From positions 1-50,685 of the forward strand of contig VAYX01000014.1 in NCBI GenBank assembly GCA_005885325.1: a stretch of 50,685 nucleotides of DNA, read 5' to 3'. Both the position numbers and the translations under genes were made by a program. Every line of letters begins with the position of its first letter. Position 1 is the first letter of the stretch. The notes beneath the pieces are model-generated. The model did not search any database. It worked only from the letters and a program-made list of their open reading frames with translations, and had not been told where the DNA came from. Source of the DNA: Actinomycetota bacterium. GTDB lineage: Bacteria > Actinomycetota > UBA4738 > HRBIN12. Shown here piece by piece: positions 36,920-49,912 of the stretch.

Positions 36920-37332
36920 CCCGGCCGATGGACGTATTCGAGCTTCAGCCGGTCGGGGTCCTCGAAGAACACCGCGTAGTTCGGCTGGTCGGGGTGGCCC
37001 ATGTCCAGGGGGCTTCCGTACAGGACCGGAACGCCTCGCGCCATCAGCCATGCGTGGAAGTCGTCAACGGCGTTCACGCTCGGCGCCGGGAAGGCCAGGT
37101 GGTTCACGCCGATGCCCTTGCGATGGAACCCCCGGGCGGCGAACCGTTCCTCGATCTGAACGAGCGTGATGTAGAACGTCCCGTCCCCGAACGACATCCA
37201 GCCCGTGCCGCGCTCCACCTCGCGATAGCCCAACCGGCCCAGCACCTCCTCGTAGAACGCGACCGAGCGGGGGAGGTCGCTGACGTTCAGGTCGAGATGG
37301 TGCAGCCCTGCCTGGCCACGGGGGTCCGTCAG
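36916..37332 (-). CDS. VOC/glyoxalase-family protein (start codon uncertain)
   Basis: The conserved VOC core starts at GLHHLDLNVSDL..FYEEVLG and continues to GVNHLAF...LEYV. There is no ATG/GTG/TTG between the upstream stop and the core. The only candidate is the CTG at 37332, which overlaps the upstream TGA. Confidence 0.65.
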   Translation of the reverse strand: MTDPRGQAGLHHLDLNVSDLPRSVAFYEEVLGRLGYREVERGTGWMSFGDGTFYITLVQIEERFAARGFHRKGIGVNHLAFPAPSVNAVDDFHAWLMARGVPVLYGSPLDMGHPDQPNYAVFFEDPDRLKLEYVHRPG

Positions 37333-37631
37333 GTGTCTCCCTCGGAGCCGTCGTCGCGTCCCTCGTGCTCCTCCAGGTACTCGATGTACAGGGGACGGAG
37401 CGCATCGGCCAGCGTGCCGCGGTCGGCGTCCACCAGGTCGTTCAGGAGGGCCAGCGGCCGCATGATGTCGGTCTCGCTCCGCTCCTCGTCCCCCACGGCC
37501 GCCCGGGCCTCGGGGATGGTCTTCAGCAGGTCCCACAGGAAGCCCACGTCGAGTCGCCGCCACGCCAGGCGGGTGGCCCGATCGTGCAGCTCGGCCGAGG
37601 AGAGCTTCTCCAGCTTGGCCCGCTCGGTCAC
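37329..37631 (-). CDS. hypothetical small acidic protein (100 aa)
   Basis: GTG-initiated ORF divergent from uvrA. Codon usage looks like that of neighbouring genes. Acidic C-terminus. TAGGCT lies 6 nt upstream of the start (leaderless-type). No family recognised. Confidence 0.5.
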   Translation of the reverse strand: MTERAKLEKLSSAELHDRATRLAWRRLDVGFLWDLLKTIPEARAAVGDEERSETDIMRPLALLNDLVDADRGTLADALRPLYIEYLEEHEGRDDGSEGDT

Positions 37632-37695
37632 GGGCTCAGCCTACCGCGGGGCGACGTCGGGCCCGGCGGGGTGAGTGGCCGGGCACGGAGGGGCA

Positions 37696-37717
37696 TTGTC
37701 GGGGCCGCCACTACAAT
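37696..37717 (+). promoter_or_regulatory. uvrA promoter candidate: TTGTCGGGG-N7-TACAAT, 6 nt upstream of the GTG (leaderless-type)
   Basis: TTGTCGGGG at 37696-37704, TACAAT at 37712-37717, GTG at 37724. Confidence 0.45.
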
Positions 37718-37723
37718 CTCCCC

Positions 37724-40522
<2,799 letters not shown>

Positions 40523-40566
40523 CGCGGCGCGAGCCTCAGCCGGGCTTGCTAGCATGGCCCGCGCTC

Positions 40567-42519
40567 ATGTCCAGGAAGGTCCTTCCGGCCGTCTTCGTCC
40601 TCGGGATCATGGCGGCGGCGTGCGCCACGCCGACCCCCCCGAGCGTCACCTTCGGCTCCGGCAACCGGTTCATCCCCCAGGTCGCCGACTTCCTCGACGA
40701 CGTGGGCCTGGACCCGTCGGTCGCCGTGGATCCCCAGGGCACGCCGTACGTCTCCTACTTCGGATTCCTTCCCCAGTTGAAGGAGGGAGAGATCGCGCCC
40801 ACCCGTCCCATCGGTTCGCCGACGCTGCCCGCCGTCCTGTTGGCCAGCACGAAGGACGGCATCTGGACCCGGGGGGCGGTGGCCATCCAGGCCGCCATCC
40901 CCAACGTGGACGTGGCCTTCGACCCGGCCATCGTGCCCGAGGTGAAGTCGATCACGCCGCAGAACGTCAACGGGACGGCCCTGGCCATCGATCCCTCGGG
41001 CGGGTTCCACGTGGCCTGGGCCGCCGACACCGGCCTGTGGTATGCGGAGAGCTCGGGCGGGTCGTTCACCGCGACGCATCTCCAGTCGATGAGTCCTCGT
41101 TTGGAACGGGCCGGCCCGCTCGGCCCTCCCGCGGTCGCCGTGACGCCGTCGGGAACGCCCTGGGTGGCGTTCATCTTGTCCACGGCTCGAGGCCAAGAGG
41201 TCACCGTGAAGACGATGGCCGGAGGAGCATGGAAGACCGACGTGCTGGACACGATCCCGCGGAGGTCCGGTTCGTCGCAGCCGTATCGTGTCGCCGCCAC
41301 CATCTCCGCCTCCGGCCAGCCCGTGGTGCTCTACTCGAACGGATCGAGCGTGCATGCGGCGGCCCTGGGTGGAGGGGAGGAGGGTGGCTGGGCGTTCTCG
41401 ACCGTTGAGTCCGGCGCCGACGGGTACGGGCTGTCTGCGACGACCGGGAAGGACGGGACCACCCACGTCTCGTACTACGCGGGTGACCAGGTGCACGCGG
41501 CAACCTCCAGGGACGGCATCACCTGGCGGACGGTGACGGTGGCGACGGTGGGCAAGGGCGTCAACGAGGCCGGCCGCTCCACGGGGATCTCCGCGGACGA
41601 CGCCGGAGCCGTGTACGTCACCTGGTACGACCCGGGCTCCGACGGCGTGCGCCTGGCCTCGGCCACCGCCGACACGTTCGATCCGATCGAGGTGAAGGGA
41701 ACGACCGGCGGCATCCTGCCGGCCGTGGCCGCGACGCCCGACGGCTCGGCCGTCTACGTTGCCTGGTACGCCGAAACGCCCCAGGACCTGATGCTGGGGA
41801 CATACGGGGACGTGAGCGGTCTGGGTCTCGCGGTCCCCAGTCCGACCCCTTCCGCCGTCCCGACCACCACCCCGCCAACGACCCAGTGCACGAAGGCGTC
41901 GAACGGGGTGGTGGACATCGTGGCCCAGGGCATCGCCTTCGACACCAACTGCATCGAGGCCCCCGCGAGCGCCCCCTTCACCATCGCCTTCGACAACAAG
42001 GACACCGGCGTCACGCACAACGTGTCGGTCTATCCCAGCGCGACCGACCTGACGCACCCCATCGAGCAGGGCCAGATCATCACCGGCCCGGCCACGGCGG
42101 ACTACAAGGTCCCCGCGCTGAAGGCCGGCGAGTATTACTTCCACTGCGATGTGCACCCGACCCAGATGTACGGCACGCTCCGGGTGAGCGGGGGCGGCGG
42201 TGGCTCCACGGGCGGTGGAGGTGGAGGTGGAGGTACCACCACGGAGGTCACCGCCCAGGGGCTGGCCTTCGACACCGGAACCATCACCCTGACTGCGGGC
42301 AAGGAGTCCACCATCACGTTCAGCAACGACGACGCCGGGACCCAGCACAACATCGCCATCTTCCCCAGCTCGACCGAGCTGAGCACCCCGCTCTTCCGGG
42401 GGGACCTGGTGACGGGCCCCGACAAGGTCACCTACACGATCCCGCCGCTGAAGTCGGGGACGTACTACTTCCACTGCGACGTCCACCCCACGATGAGCGG
42501 GCAGGTGGTCGTGAAATAG
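40567..42519 (+). CDS. lipoprotein with an N-terminal 7-repeat (propeller-like) region and two C-terminal cupredoxin (amicyanin-like) domains
   Basis: Start at the ATG 40567 (frame-checked). Lipobox IMAAAC. Seven recurrences of a D/T-P-x-G-x-P/x-x-V-x-W/Y strand motif. Two domains with a H...C-x2-H-x2/3-M copper-ligand pattern (YYFHCDVHPTQM, YYFHCDVHPTM) separated by a poly-Gly linker. Confidence 0.8.
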   Translation: MSRKVLPAVFVLGIMAAACATPTPPSVTFGSGNRFIPQVADFLDDVGLDPSVAVDPQGTPYVSYFGFLPQLKEGEIAPTRPIGSPTLPAVLLASTKDGIWTRGAVAIQAAIPNVDVAFDPAIVPEVKSITPQNVNGTALAIDPSGGFHVAWAADTGLWYAESSGGSFTATHLQSMSPRLERAGPLGPPAVAVTPSGTPWVAFILSTARGQEVTVKTMAGGAWKTDVLDTIPRRSGSSQPYRVAATISASGQPVVLYSNGSSVHAAALGGGEEGGWAFSTVESGADGYGLSATTGKDGTTHVSYYAGDQVHAATSRDGITWRTVTVATVGKGVNEAGRSTGISADDAGAVYVTWYDPGSDGVRLASATADTFDPIEVKGTTGGILPAVAATPDGSAVYVAWYAETPQDLMLGTYGDVSGLGLAVPSPTPSAVPTTTPPTTQCTKASNGVVDIVAQGIAFDTNCIEAPASAPFTIAFDNKDTGVTHNVSVYPSATDLTHPIEQGQIITGPATADYKVPALKAGEYYFHCDVHPTQMYGTLRVSGGGGGSTGGGGGGGGTTTEVTAQGLAFDTGTITLTAGKESTITFSNDDAGTQHNIAIFPSSTELSTPLFRGDLVTGPDKVTYTIPPLKSGTYYFHCDVHPTMSGQVVVK

Positions 42520-42571
42520 GCGTGGAGGTGCGGCCGCGCTCCTCGGAGGCCGCAGGTCTCGCCCCTAGAAT

Positions 42572-44488
42572 GTGTGCGTGAGCGTCGGCCGCCCCGACAC
42601 CTCGACCATCCCCGACGCGCCCGGTGTCTACCTCTTCCGGGACGCGGACGGCCGCGTGACCTACGTGGGCAAGGCTACCTCGCTCCGAAAGCGCCTGGCG
42701 AGCTATTGGGGAAAGCCGCTCCATCCTCGGACCGAGGCCATGATGGCGTCCGCGGAGTCGGTGGAATGGATCGTGGCGTCGAACGAGGTCGACGCCCTGA
42801 TGCTCGAGTACAACCTGATCAAGGAACACCTTCCGCGGTTCAACATCCGATACCGCGACGACAAGTCCTACCCGTACCTGGCGCTCACCGTGGGGGAGCG
42901 GTGGCCCAGGGCCCAGGTCGTGCGGGGGGCCAGGCGCAAGGGGGTCAAGTACTTCGGGCCATTCGCCCATGCCTACGCCATCCGCGAGACCCTCGACGCG
43001 CTGACCCGCGTGTTCCCCGTCCGGACCTGCTCCAACGCGTTCTTCGACCAGCGGGCCCGGGCCCGGCGGCCGTGCCTGTACTACGACATCGGGCGGTGCG
43101 CCGGCCCATGCGTGCCCGAGGTCACCGGCGTGACCGATGAGTCGTACCGCGCGCACGTCGACGCCCTGGCCGACTTCCTGTCCGGCAACGAGCGCCCCAT
43201 CCTGCGGCGGTTGGAGCGGGAGATGACCGAGGCCTCCGAGCGGCGGGAGTACGAGCTTGCGGCGAAGCTGCGCGATCAGCTCGTTGCGGCTCGTCGCGCC
43301 CTCGAGAGCCAGGAGATGGTCCTCACCCAGGCGGAGAACCTCGACGTCATCGGCCTGGCCGAGGACGACCTGGAGGCGGCGTTCCAGGTGTTCTTCGTGC
43401 GCAAGGGACGGGCCATGGGACGCAAGGGGTGGATCGTGGACCGAGTGGAGGAGCTCGATCGCCCCGGCCTGCTGGCCTCCTTCGTCCGCGAGCTGTACAT
43501 GGAGCGGGAGGAGGTCCCGCCCCGGATCCTCGTTCCCGAGGCGCCCGCCGACGCCGACGTCCTGGCCATGTGGCTCTCGGACCGGCGGGGTGGCCCCGTC
43601 ACGTTCGCGGTCCCCCGCCGAGGCGCCAAGCGCAAGCTCCTGGAGGTGGTCACCCAGAACGCCAGGGAACACTTCCAGCGGCACAAGCTTCGACGGGCCT
43701 CGGACTTCGGCGCGCGGTCCCGGGCCCTGACCGAGCTGGCCACCGTCCTCGGCCTGCCCCAGGCGCCGCTTCGGATCGAGGCCTACGACATCTCCAATCT
43801 CGGGCCGACGGACACCGTGGGCTCCATGGTCGTGTTCGAGGACGGCCTCCCAAAGCGGTCCGACTACCGCCGGTTCGAGATCAAGGGAGTGCCCGGACAG
43901 GACGATTTCGCAAGCATGGATGAGATGCTCCGGCGGCGATTCGCCAGGTTGAAGGCCGGGCCCGATGGCGACCGGGAGCCCGGGCGGACCGGCGACGAAG
44001 GGACGCCGAGGCGTCGCCGATTCTCGTATCCACCCGCCCTGATCGTCGTGGACGGGGGGCGGGGGCAGCTCTCCGTGGGCACGAAGGTCCTGGCCGACCT
44101 GGACCTGCATATCCCGGCGATCGGCCTGGCCAAGCGTCTGGAGGAGGTGTACTTCCCCGACCGGCCGGACCCCCTCCGGATCCCGCGGGGATCCGAGGCC
44201 CTGTTCGTCCTCCAGCACATCCGGGACGAGGCTCACCGGTTCGCCGTCACCTACCACCGCGAGAAACGTTCCAAGAGGGTGATGGCCTCGCCGCTCGACG
44301 CTGTGCCGGGGATCGGGCCCGCTCGCAAGAAGTCCCTGCTGAAGCGGTTCGGTTCGCTCGCCCGCCTGTCTCAGGCCTCGCTGGAGGAGATCGCCGCGAC
44401 GCCGGGCGTGGGACCGGAGATCGCCCGGGCCGTGTCCGAGCGGCTCCACGGATCCGCCCCCGCCTCGGAGCGGAGGGTGAGCGCCTGA
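42572..44488 (+). CDS. uvrC: excinuclease ABC subunit C
   Basis: 638 aa. GIY-YIG domain (GVYLFRDADGRVTYVGKA...YNL), UVR domain (YELAAKLRDQ), Endo V-like and C-terminal HhH (GIGPARKKSLLKRFGS). An alternative GTG at 42578 lies 6 nt after a TAGAAT box. Confidence 0.96.
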   Translation: MCVSVGRPDTSTIPDAPGVYLFRDADGRVTYVGKATSLRKRLASYWGKPLHPRTEAMMASAESVEWIVASNEVDALMLEYNLIKEHLPRFNIRYRDDKSYPYLALTVGERWPRAQVVRGARRKGVKYFGPFAHAYAIRETLDALTRVFPVRTCSNAFFDQRARARRPCLYYDIGRCAGPCVPEVTGVTDESYRAHVDALADFLSGNERPILRRLEREMTEASERREYELAAKLRDQLVAARRALESQEMVLTQAENLDVIGLAEDDLEAAFQVFFVRKGRAMGRKGWIVDRVEELDRPGLLASFVRELYMEREEVPPRILVPEAPADADVLAMWLSDRRGGPVTFAVPRRGAKRKLLEVVTQNAREHFQRHKLRRASDFGARSRALTELATVLGLPQAPLRIEAYDISNLGPTDTVGSMVVFEDGLPKRSDYRRFEIKGVPGQDDFASMDEMLRRRFARLKAGPDGDREPGRTGDEGTPRRRRFSYPPALIVVDGGRGQLSVGTKVLADLDLHIPAIGLAKRLEEVYFPDRPDPLRIPRGSEALFVLQHIRDEAHRFAVTYHREKRSKRVMASPLDAVPGIGPARKKSLLKRFGSLARLSQASLEEIAATPGVGPEIARAVSERLHGSAPASERRVSA

Positions 44489-45423
44489 TGGGACAGGCGG
44501 CCAAGCGCGAGCCCGAGTCCAAGGGGAAGGTCCGCTCGATCCGGCGGCGTCCGCAGGGGCCGGGGTTCACCATCATCACCGGGCTGTCCGGGGCGGGACG
44601 CTCCGAAGCGGCGAAGTGCCTGGAGGATCTGGGGTTCTTCGTCGTCGACAACATCCCGCCGGCGCTGCTCCCCAAGATGGCCGAGCTGGCGGCCCGCCCC
44701 GGCGGGCCGGGGCGGGTCGCCACCGTGGTCGACGCCCGGGGCGGGGTCTTCTTCGGGGAGCTGTCGAAGGCCCTGGAGGAGCTCAAGGGACTCTCCATCC
44801 CCTACGCCATCCTGTATCTGGAGGCCTCCGACGAGGATCTGGTGAACCGATACGCCGCCACCCGCCACCGCCACCCGCTGGCGCCGGCCGACCGGGTCAT
44901 CGAGGGCATCCGCAAGGAACGGTTGATGATGGAGAGTCTCCGGGGCGACGCCGACCTCATCGTCGACACGTCGGGCCTGACTCCCCATGAGCTCCGCGAC
45001 CGCCTCCGGGACGCCTTCGCCGACGCGCCACCCGAGGCCGGCCTCCAGGTCTCGCTGATCTCGTTCGGGTACAAGTACGGCACGCCACGCGATGCCGACG
45101 TCGTGATCGACGTCCGGTTCCTCCCCAACCCGCACTGGGTGGACGAGCTCCGGCCGTTGCCGGGGACCGACGATCGGGTCCGGACCTACGTCAAGGGGCA
45201 GCAGACCTATCGCGAGTTCATGCGACGGCTCCGCGCCCTGCTCGGCTTCATGGTCCCCGGGTTCGTGGCCGAGGGGAAGGCCTACCTCACCGTGGCGGTC
45301 GGCTGCACCGGCGGCCAGCACCGCTCGGTGGTCGTGGCCGACGAGCTGGCTTCGTTCTTCCGGGACAAGGGTCTGCCCGTGTCGGTGGAGCATCGGGATC
45401 TGGACCGCGGCGAGAGCGCCTGA
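44488..45423 (+). CDS. rapZ: RNase adapter / nucleotide-binding protein RapZ (YvcJ family)
   Basis: 311 aa. P-loop GLSGAGRS, DVRFLPNPHW, CTGGQHRSV. The start overlaps the uvrC stop by 1 nt (TGATG). Confidence 0.93.
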   Translation: MGQAAKREPESKGKVRSIRRRPQGPGFTIITGLSGAGRSEAAKCLEDLGFFVVDNIPPALLPKMAELAARPGGPGRVATVVDARGGVFFGELSKALEELKGLSIPYAILYLEASDEDLVNRYAATRHRHPLAPADRVIEGIRKERLMMESLRGDADLIVDTSGLTPHELRDRLRDAFADAPPEAGLQVSLISFGYKYGTPRDADVVIDVRFLPNPHWVDELRPLPGTDDRVRTYVKGQQTYREFMRRLRALLGFMVPGFVAEGKAYLTVAVGCTGGQHRSVVVADELASFFRDKGLPVSVEHRDLDRGESA

Positions 45424-45492
45424 TCCAACCGCAGCCGCGCGACCGACGTCGCAGGACACGGTCCCCGAAGGCAACCACCTCGGATTGGCTAG

Positions 45493-47737
<2,245 letters not shown>

Positions 47738-47741
<4 letters not shown>

Positions 47742-48508
47742 CGAAGCGGCGGCCGATCATCGCGGCCAACTGGAAGATGCACAAGACCCACCTGGAAGCC
47801 ATCAGGGACGTGCAGAAGCTGTCGTACCTGCTCGACAGGGCCGACGCCGACCGCGTGGAGGTGGTCATCTGCCCCGCGTTCACCGCGCTTCGCGCGGTCC
47901 AGACCCTCATCGACAGCGATCGGCTTCCGTACGGCCTGGGCGCCCAGAACGTGCACCAGGAGGAGAAGGGCGCGTTCACGGGGGAGGTCTCGCCGCTGAT
48001 GCTGCAGGCGCTGAAGTGCGACTACGTGATCGTGGGCCACTCGGAGCGCCGTCAGCTGTTCGGCGAGACCGACGAGGTCGTGAACAAGAAGGTGCGGGCG
48101 GTCTTCTCCCACGCCATGGTGCCGATCCTCTGCGTGGGGGAGAGCCTTGGGGAACGGGAGGCCGGGGCCACAGAGGACAAGGTGGCCGGCCAGGTGCGGC
48201 GGGACCTCCAGGGCGTCGGGACCGAGGACGCCGCCCGAGTGGTGATCGCATACGAGCCCATCTGGGCCATCGGCACCGGGCGCAACGCCGAGCCCGCTGA
48301 CGCCGGCCAGGTCGTCGGCCTGATCCGGGAGACGCTGTCGTCGGCCTACTCGAAAGAGGTGGCCGACGCGGTCCGGGTCCAGTACGGCGGGAGCGTGAAG
48401 GCCGGCAACATCCGAGATTTCATGGCGCACCCCGAGATCGACGGGGCATTGGTGGGCGGAGCGAGCCTGGACCCGGAGGAGTTCGCGCTCATCGTCAAGT
48501 ACCGATAG
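47738..48508 (+). CDS. tpiA: triose-phosphate isomerase
   Basis: Start at the GTG 47738 (GTGA overlap with pgk). AANWKMH, GHSERR, AYEPIWAIGTG, YGGSV. 256 aa. Confidence 0.97.
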
Positions 48509-48516
48509 GGGAGCGC

Positions 48517-49779
48517 GTGTATCGATTGCTCTACGTCTGCCTCGACGGGCTGGGAGACGATCCCGTCCCAGCCCTGGGAGACCGCACGCCGCTGGAGGCC
48601 GCCCGAACCCCGTTCATGGACGCGCTTGCGGCGCAAGGCCGGACCGGGACCGTCGTCACCGTCGGCCCGGGCATCGCTCCCGAGTCGGACATCGCCGTGT
48701 TCGCCATCCTGGGCTACGACCCTCGAGGCGAGCATCCTGGCCGCGGCGTCGTCGAGGCGGTGGGCGCCGGCATGGACTTCCGCGACGGCGACCTGGCCTA
48801 CCGGGTGAACTTCGCCACCGCGGACTGGCCCCGGATCGTCGACCGCCGGGTGGGACGGGACCTGTCGTCCGACGAAGCCCGAGCCCTGGCCGCCGAGGTC
48901 AACGAGAAGCTCAAGCTTCCCGGCGTCACCTTCGAGCTCCGGTCCACGGTGGAGCACCGAGGCGTCCTGGTGATCCGGGCGGGCGAGGGACCCCTGTCCG
49001 CGCAGGTGACCAACACCGACCCCGCGTACCGGAAGGAGGGGTCGCTGGGAGTCGCGCTGGAGACGTTCGAGCTCGAGGTTGCCCGGTGCGAGCCGCTCGA
49101 GGACAGCGATGCGGCCAGGCGAGCCGCCGACCTGACCAACGCCTTCGTGGAAGGAGCGGCCAAGATCCTCGACGCGTCGGAGGTGAACGCCGAGCGGCGG
49201 AGGAGGGGCAAGCTCCCCGCCAATCTCGTCCTGACCCGTGACGGTGGAGACCACGTCCCCACGCTCCAGCCCATCAAGGAGCGGTTCGGTCCGGCCTGGG
49301 GCTGCTTCGTGGAGATGCCGGTCGAACGCGGCATCGCCATGCTCCTGGGGATGGCCCCGGTCGACGCCCCCCGCCTGGCCGCCGAGGCTGACTACGCTCG
49401 GTGGGCGTCGCTCGCGGCGGAGGCACTCGACGGCTTCGACGCCCTGTACGTGCACATCAAGGGTCCGGACGTCCCGGCTCACGACGGCCGGGCGGAGGAC
49501 AAACGCGACATCATCGAGGTGATCGACCGGGCCTTCTTCGGCGAGGTCCTGCCCCTGATCGACGGCAGTCGAACGATCGTGGCGGTTACCGCGGACCACT
49601 CCACGTCGTGCGTTCGAAAGGCGCACACGGCGGAGCCGGTCCCCCTCCTCGTGAGCGGAGGATCGGTGCAACCGGACGGCTCGACCGCGTTCGGCGAACG
49701 GGAATGTGCGGCCGGGTCGCTCGGCCGGCTGCGAGGCGTGGACATCGTGCCCCGGCTGGCCGCCTTGATGCGCTCCTGA
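48517..49779 (+). CDS. apgM: cofactor-independent phosphoglycerate mutase, archaeal-type (ApgM family)
   Basis: 420 aa. N-terminal LLYVCLDGLGD, TP.MD.LA..G, mid VEHRGVLV, C-terminal YVHIKGPDVPAHDG and TADHSTS metal-site motifs characteristic of ApgM-type iPGM. GTG start 8 nt after tpiA. Confidence 0.8.
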   Translation: MYRLLYVCLDGLGDDPVPALGDRTPLEAARTPFMDALAAQGRTGTVVTVGPGIAPESDIAVFAILGYDPRGEHPGRGVVEAVGAGMDFRDGDLAYRVNFATADWPRIVDRRVGRDLSSDEARALAAEVNEKLKLPGVTFELRSTVEHRGVLVIRAGEGPLSAQVTNTDPAYRKEGSLGVALETFELEVARCEPLEDSDAARRAADLTNAFVEGAAKILDASEVNAERRRRGKLPANLVLTRDGGDHVPTLQPIKERFGPAWGCFVEMPVERGIAMLLGMAPVDAPRLAAEADYARWASLAAEALDGFDALYVHIKGPDVPAHDGRAEDKRDIIEVIDRAFFGEVLPLIDGSRTIVAVTADHSTSCVRKAHTAEPVPLLVSGGSVQPDGSTAFGERECAAGSLGRLRGVDIVPRLAALMRS

Positions 49780-49912
49780 GCATCGCCCGGGCCCGGCCCA
49801 ATCCGCTCGAGCCCGCACGCACGTATAACGCGATTGGGCCAGGTTGTTCGGGAAGTCGGGCTGCTATTAGACTTCGGCCCTGCCGGGGCCGGAAGGGAGC
49901 ACGCCCACCGGG

